DNA from: an uncultured bacterium
GTDB lineage: Bacteria; Actinomycetota; Actinomycetes; S36-B12
Assembly: GCA_903908025.1 (NCBI GenBank)
Contig: CAIVQM010000525.1
Span: 1-39,779 of the forward strand
Direction of reading: 5' to 3'
Length of the DNA stretch: 39,779 nt
The position numbers were made by a program, and so were the translations under genes. Within the stretch, counting starts at the first letter, position 1. The number at the start of each line of letters is the position of its first letter. This document shows positions 37,535 to 39,779 of the stretch, one piece after another. A model generated the notes under the pieces. The model ran no database searches and was not told the origin of the DNA. It saw only the letters and a program-made list of their open reading frames with translations.

Positions 37535-39655
37535 TTGGGTAGGGTTCGCCAACTAGGCCCCTCGCCCGGTGTGGGGTTCGTATGCCCTGGGGGGCGAGAA
37601 GTGGGATCGGATCTTGCGCGCGATCTAGGGGATGTGTCCCTGGAGGATCGTCTGCGCCTGATGGTGGAGAACGCCTCCGACATCGTGTACCAGACCCGTG
37701 GCCTCGACATCGCCTGGATCTCCCCGTCCGTCACGACCGTGCTCGGGTGGACGCCGGAGGAGTTGATCGGCGGGCCGGCCGCGGCGCTCGTGTCGCCCAA
37801 CCAGAACCGCGAGTGGATCGACATCAACCGGGCCAAGCTCGCCGCAGGCGAGGACGTTTACCAGGAGTTGCTCCTGCAGGCGAAGGACGGGTCGGAGCGC
37901 TGGTTCGCAGGTACTGCCCACCCTTACGCTGCCGACGGGGTCACCGGCTTCATCGTCGGCATGCATGACATCACCGTCAAGTGGCAGGCGCGCAACTCCC
38001 TCGCGCTCGTCGAGGAGCTCTTCCGCGTCACTACGCACAGCGCCGGCGAGGGCATCGCCCTGGTGGATTCCGACGGGGTGATCGTCGAGGGCAACGAGGC
38101 CCTCGGCAGGTTCGTCGGCCGGTCGGAGGCGGATCTGGTCGGGGTGGGCTGGAAGTCGTTGGTGCACCCGGAGGACGCAGCCGAACAGTTGGACATGTGT
38201 GCGGCATTGCTCTCGGGTCGGGAGTCCTCACATCGGACGCGGGTTCGATTCGTGCATTCGAGTGGCTCGGTCCTCTTCGGCGACCTGAGTGTCGCGGTCG
38301 TTCGGTCCGGCGACGGCACGGTGCATCGGCTCGTCCTCCAGATCGTCGACATCACCGACCAGACACGTGCACAGGACCAGCTGACCGACCTGGCGATGAT
38401 CGACCCGCTGACGGCACTCATGACCCGCTCGGCGGTTCTCGGGCGCATCGACGAGGCGCTGACGGCGGGCGGGGGCCGGCGAGACCGGCTCGGCGTCCTG
38501 CTCGTCGATCTCGACAACCTGAAGGTCGTCAACGAGTCGCTCGGGCGTGACGCCGGCGACGAAGTGCTGGCGACGATCGCTCGACGCCTGTCTGGTGCCA
38601 TTGACGACACCTCGTTCGCAGGCCGGATTTCGGGCAAGTTGTTCATCGTCGTGGTGCCGAGCGCGGGTGACATTGATGGGCTCGTGCGCTCCGCCGAACG
38701 GCTCAACGATGTGATCGGTGCTGAGATTCTGGTGCAGGGCAGGCGCGTGCTGATCACGACGTCGGTGGGCGCTGTGATGTCCCGCACTGGCTCCATCGGG
38801 ATGGGCCTGCTGCGCGACGCCGATGTCGCGCTGTCGGAGGCGAAGCGTCGCGGCGGCGGTCGCGTGCAGGTGTTCGACGAGGGGTTCGCGACCGCGGCAG
38901 TTCGTCGTCTGGTCCTCGAGGAGGAACTGCGCGACGCCATCGCCCATCGCGAGTTCATCGTCCACTACCAGCCGGTCGTTGCGCTCGGCGATCACGGCCG
39001 GGTGGGGTTCGAGGCGCTGGTGCGCTGGATGCATCCGGTGACGGGGCTTCGCGGGCCGGATGCCTTCCTTGAGGTCGCTGAGGACTCCCGCCAGATCCGT
39101 TCCATCGGCGCCCAGGTGCTGCGGCAGGTCTGCATCGACCTCGTCGAGATGCCCGACGCAGAGGTGACGATGGGTGTCAACGTGTCGGCGGTCGAGTTGG
39201 GGGACCCGACCTGGCTGCCGGGCGTCCTGCGCGTCTTCGAGGAGACCGGGGTTGATCCGCGCCGGCTGGTCTTCGAGATCACCGAGACGGCCGTCATGTC
39301 GAGTCGTCGGAGCCTGCGTTCGGAGCTTCAGCAACTGCGGGACTGCGGGGCCGGCATCCACCTGGACGACTTCGGCACGGGGTACTCGTCGATCTCGGTC
39401 CTGCGCGACCTGCCCGTGTCGGGAATGAAGCTGGACCGCTCCTTCGTGACGATGATGAGTGACCGATCCGGCTCCGGCGCCGCACTTGCCGAGGGGCTGG
39501 TCGGGCTGGCCAAGGCCCTGGGAATCGATGGGGTGGCCGAGGGGATCGAGACCCCGGACCAGGCTGATCGGCTGCGCGATATGGGCTGGACCCACGGCCA
39601 GGGCTACCACTTCGGTCGCCCGGCTCCGCTGAGCGCCTGGCTCACCCCGCAGTAG
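37535..39655 (+). CDS. PAS-PAS-GGDEF(degenerate)-EAL signalling protein, probable c-di-GMP phosphodiesterase
   Basis: Two PAS-like blocks. In the GGDEF-domain scaffold the active site reads SGKLF. Intact EAL residues: FEALVRW, VNVS, EITE, DDFGTGYSS, KLDRSF, EGIET and GQGY. The start is uncertain; GTG 37601 is plausible. Confidence 0.88.
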   Translation: MGRVRQLGPSPGVGFVCPGGREVGSDLARDLGDVSLEDRLRLMVENASDIVYQTRGLDIAWISPSVTTVLGWTPEELIGGPAAALVSPNQNREWIDINRAKLAAGEDVYQELLLQAKDGSERWFAGTAHPYAADGVTGFIVGMHDITVKWQARNSLALVEELFRVTTHSAGEGIALVDSDGVIVEGNEALGRFVGRSEADLVGVGWKSLVHPEDAAEQLDMCAALLSGRESSHRTRVRFVHSSGSVLFGDLSVAVVRSGDGTVHRLVLQIVDITDQTRAQDQLTDLAMIDPLTALMTRSAVLGRIDEALTAGGGRRDRLGVLLVDLDNLKVVNESLGRDAGDEVLATIARRLSGAIDDTSFAGRISGKLFIVVVPSAGDIDGLVRSAERLNDVIGAEILVQGRRVLITTSVGAVMSRTGSIGMGLLRDADVALSEAKRRGGGRVQVFDEGFATAAVRRLVLEEELRDAIAHREFIVHYQPVVALGDHGRVGFEALVRWMHPVTGLRGPDAFLEVAEDSRQIRSIGAQVLRQVCIDLVEMPDAEVTMGVNVSAVELGDPTWLPGVLRVFEETGVDPRRLVFEITETAVMSSRRSLRSELQQLRDCGAGIHLDDFGTGYSSISVLRDLPVSGMKLDRSFVTMMSDRSGSGAALAEGLVGLAKALGIDGVAEGIETPDQADRLRDMGWTHGQGYHFGRPAPLSAWLTPQ

Positions 39656-39667
39656 CCGCCTTGGCAC

Positions 39668-39779
39668 GGTAGCCCCGGGAGTTCGGTAGCCCCGGGAGTT
39701 CGGTAGCCCCGGGAGTTCGGTAGCCCCGGGAGTTCGGTAGCCCCGGGAGTTCGGTAGCCCCGGGAGTTCGGTAGCCCCG
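39668..39779. repeat. Perfect 17-bp tandem repeat GGTAGCCCCGGGAGTTC, 6 full copies plus 10 nt, truncated by the window end
   Basis: Read directly, with units starting at 39668, 39685, 39702, 39719, 39736, 39753 and 39770. There are no mismatches and no spacers. Confidence 0.97.

Noticed and set aside
38228-39667. 479-aa minus-strand ORF opposite the GGDEF-EAL gene, with its frame open through the 17-bp array
   Set aside because: It is an antisense shadow of a gene with clear domain motifs. It stays open through the repeat only because the repeat lacks minus-strand stop codons.
39668-39779. CRISPR array
   Set aside because: The units are directly abutting 17-mers with no unique spacers, the repeat is too short, and no cas genes are present in the window.

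Overview
This is a visibly GC-rich, actinobacterial-type chromosomal segment, almost fully coding and dominated by core nucleotide and central metabolism. The core genes are pyrE, class II fructose-bisphosphate aldolase, purA, purD-purB-purC, purS-purQ-purL and purF-purM. Conserved actinobacterial neighbours are also present: DedA, a SpoU/TrmH methyltransferase, DUF3151, DUF3073, a BldC-like regulator, Val/Leu dehydrogenase, a PlsC-like acyltransferase, SulP and PPK2.

The pur genes form four blocks separated by non-purine modules:
- two different vapBC toxin-antitoxin pairs;
- a class III aminotransferase;
- a secreted metzincin next to an orphan double-domain OpuAC-type lipoprotein;
- galE, translationally coupled to purC;
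- a PotA/D/B/C-like ABC importer between purL and purF.

The right end carries a secreted SNase-type nuclease, a small Met/Gly-rich repeat membrane protein, and a PAS-PAS-GGDEF(degenerate)-EAL protein. A perfect 17-bp tandem array follows and runs off the window.

I saw no rRNA, tRNA, CRISPR array, transposase, integrase or recognisable phage or defence island. I cannot point to a convincing new multi-gene system. The most unusual signals are non-coding:
- the 17-bp array;
- a highly structured fba-DUF3151 spacer with four copies of one motif;
- a shared GACCGGTAGGCT box directly upstream of purA and purF, with related TAGGCT boxes at purS and pyrE that imply leaderless transcripts;
- an AT-rich perfect palindrome in front of the ABC importer;
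- a 22-nt-arm inverted repeat in the long leader of the metalloprotease.

The many very long reverse-strand ORFs in the supplied track, up to 1002 aa, are antisense shadows typical of high-GC DNA.
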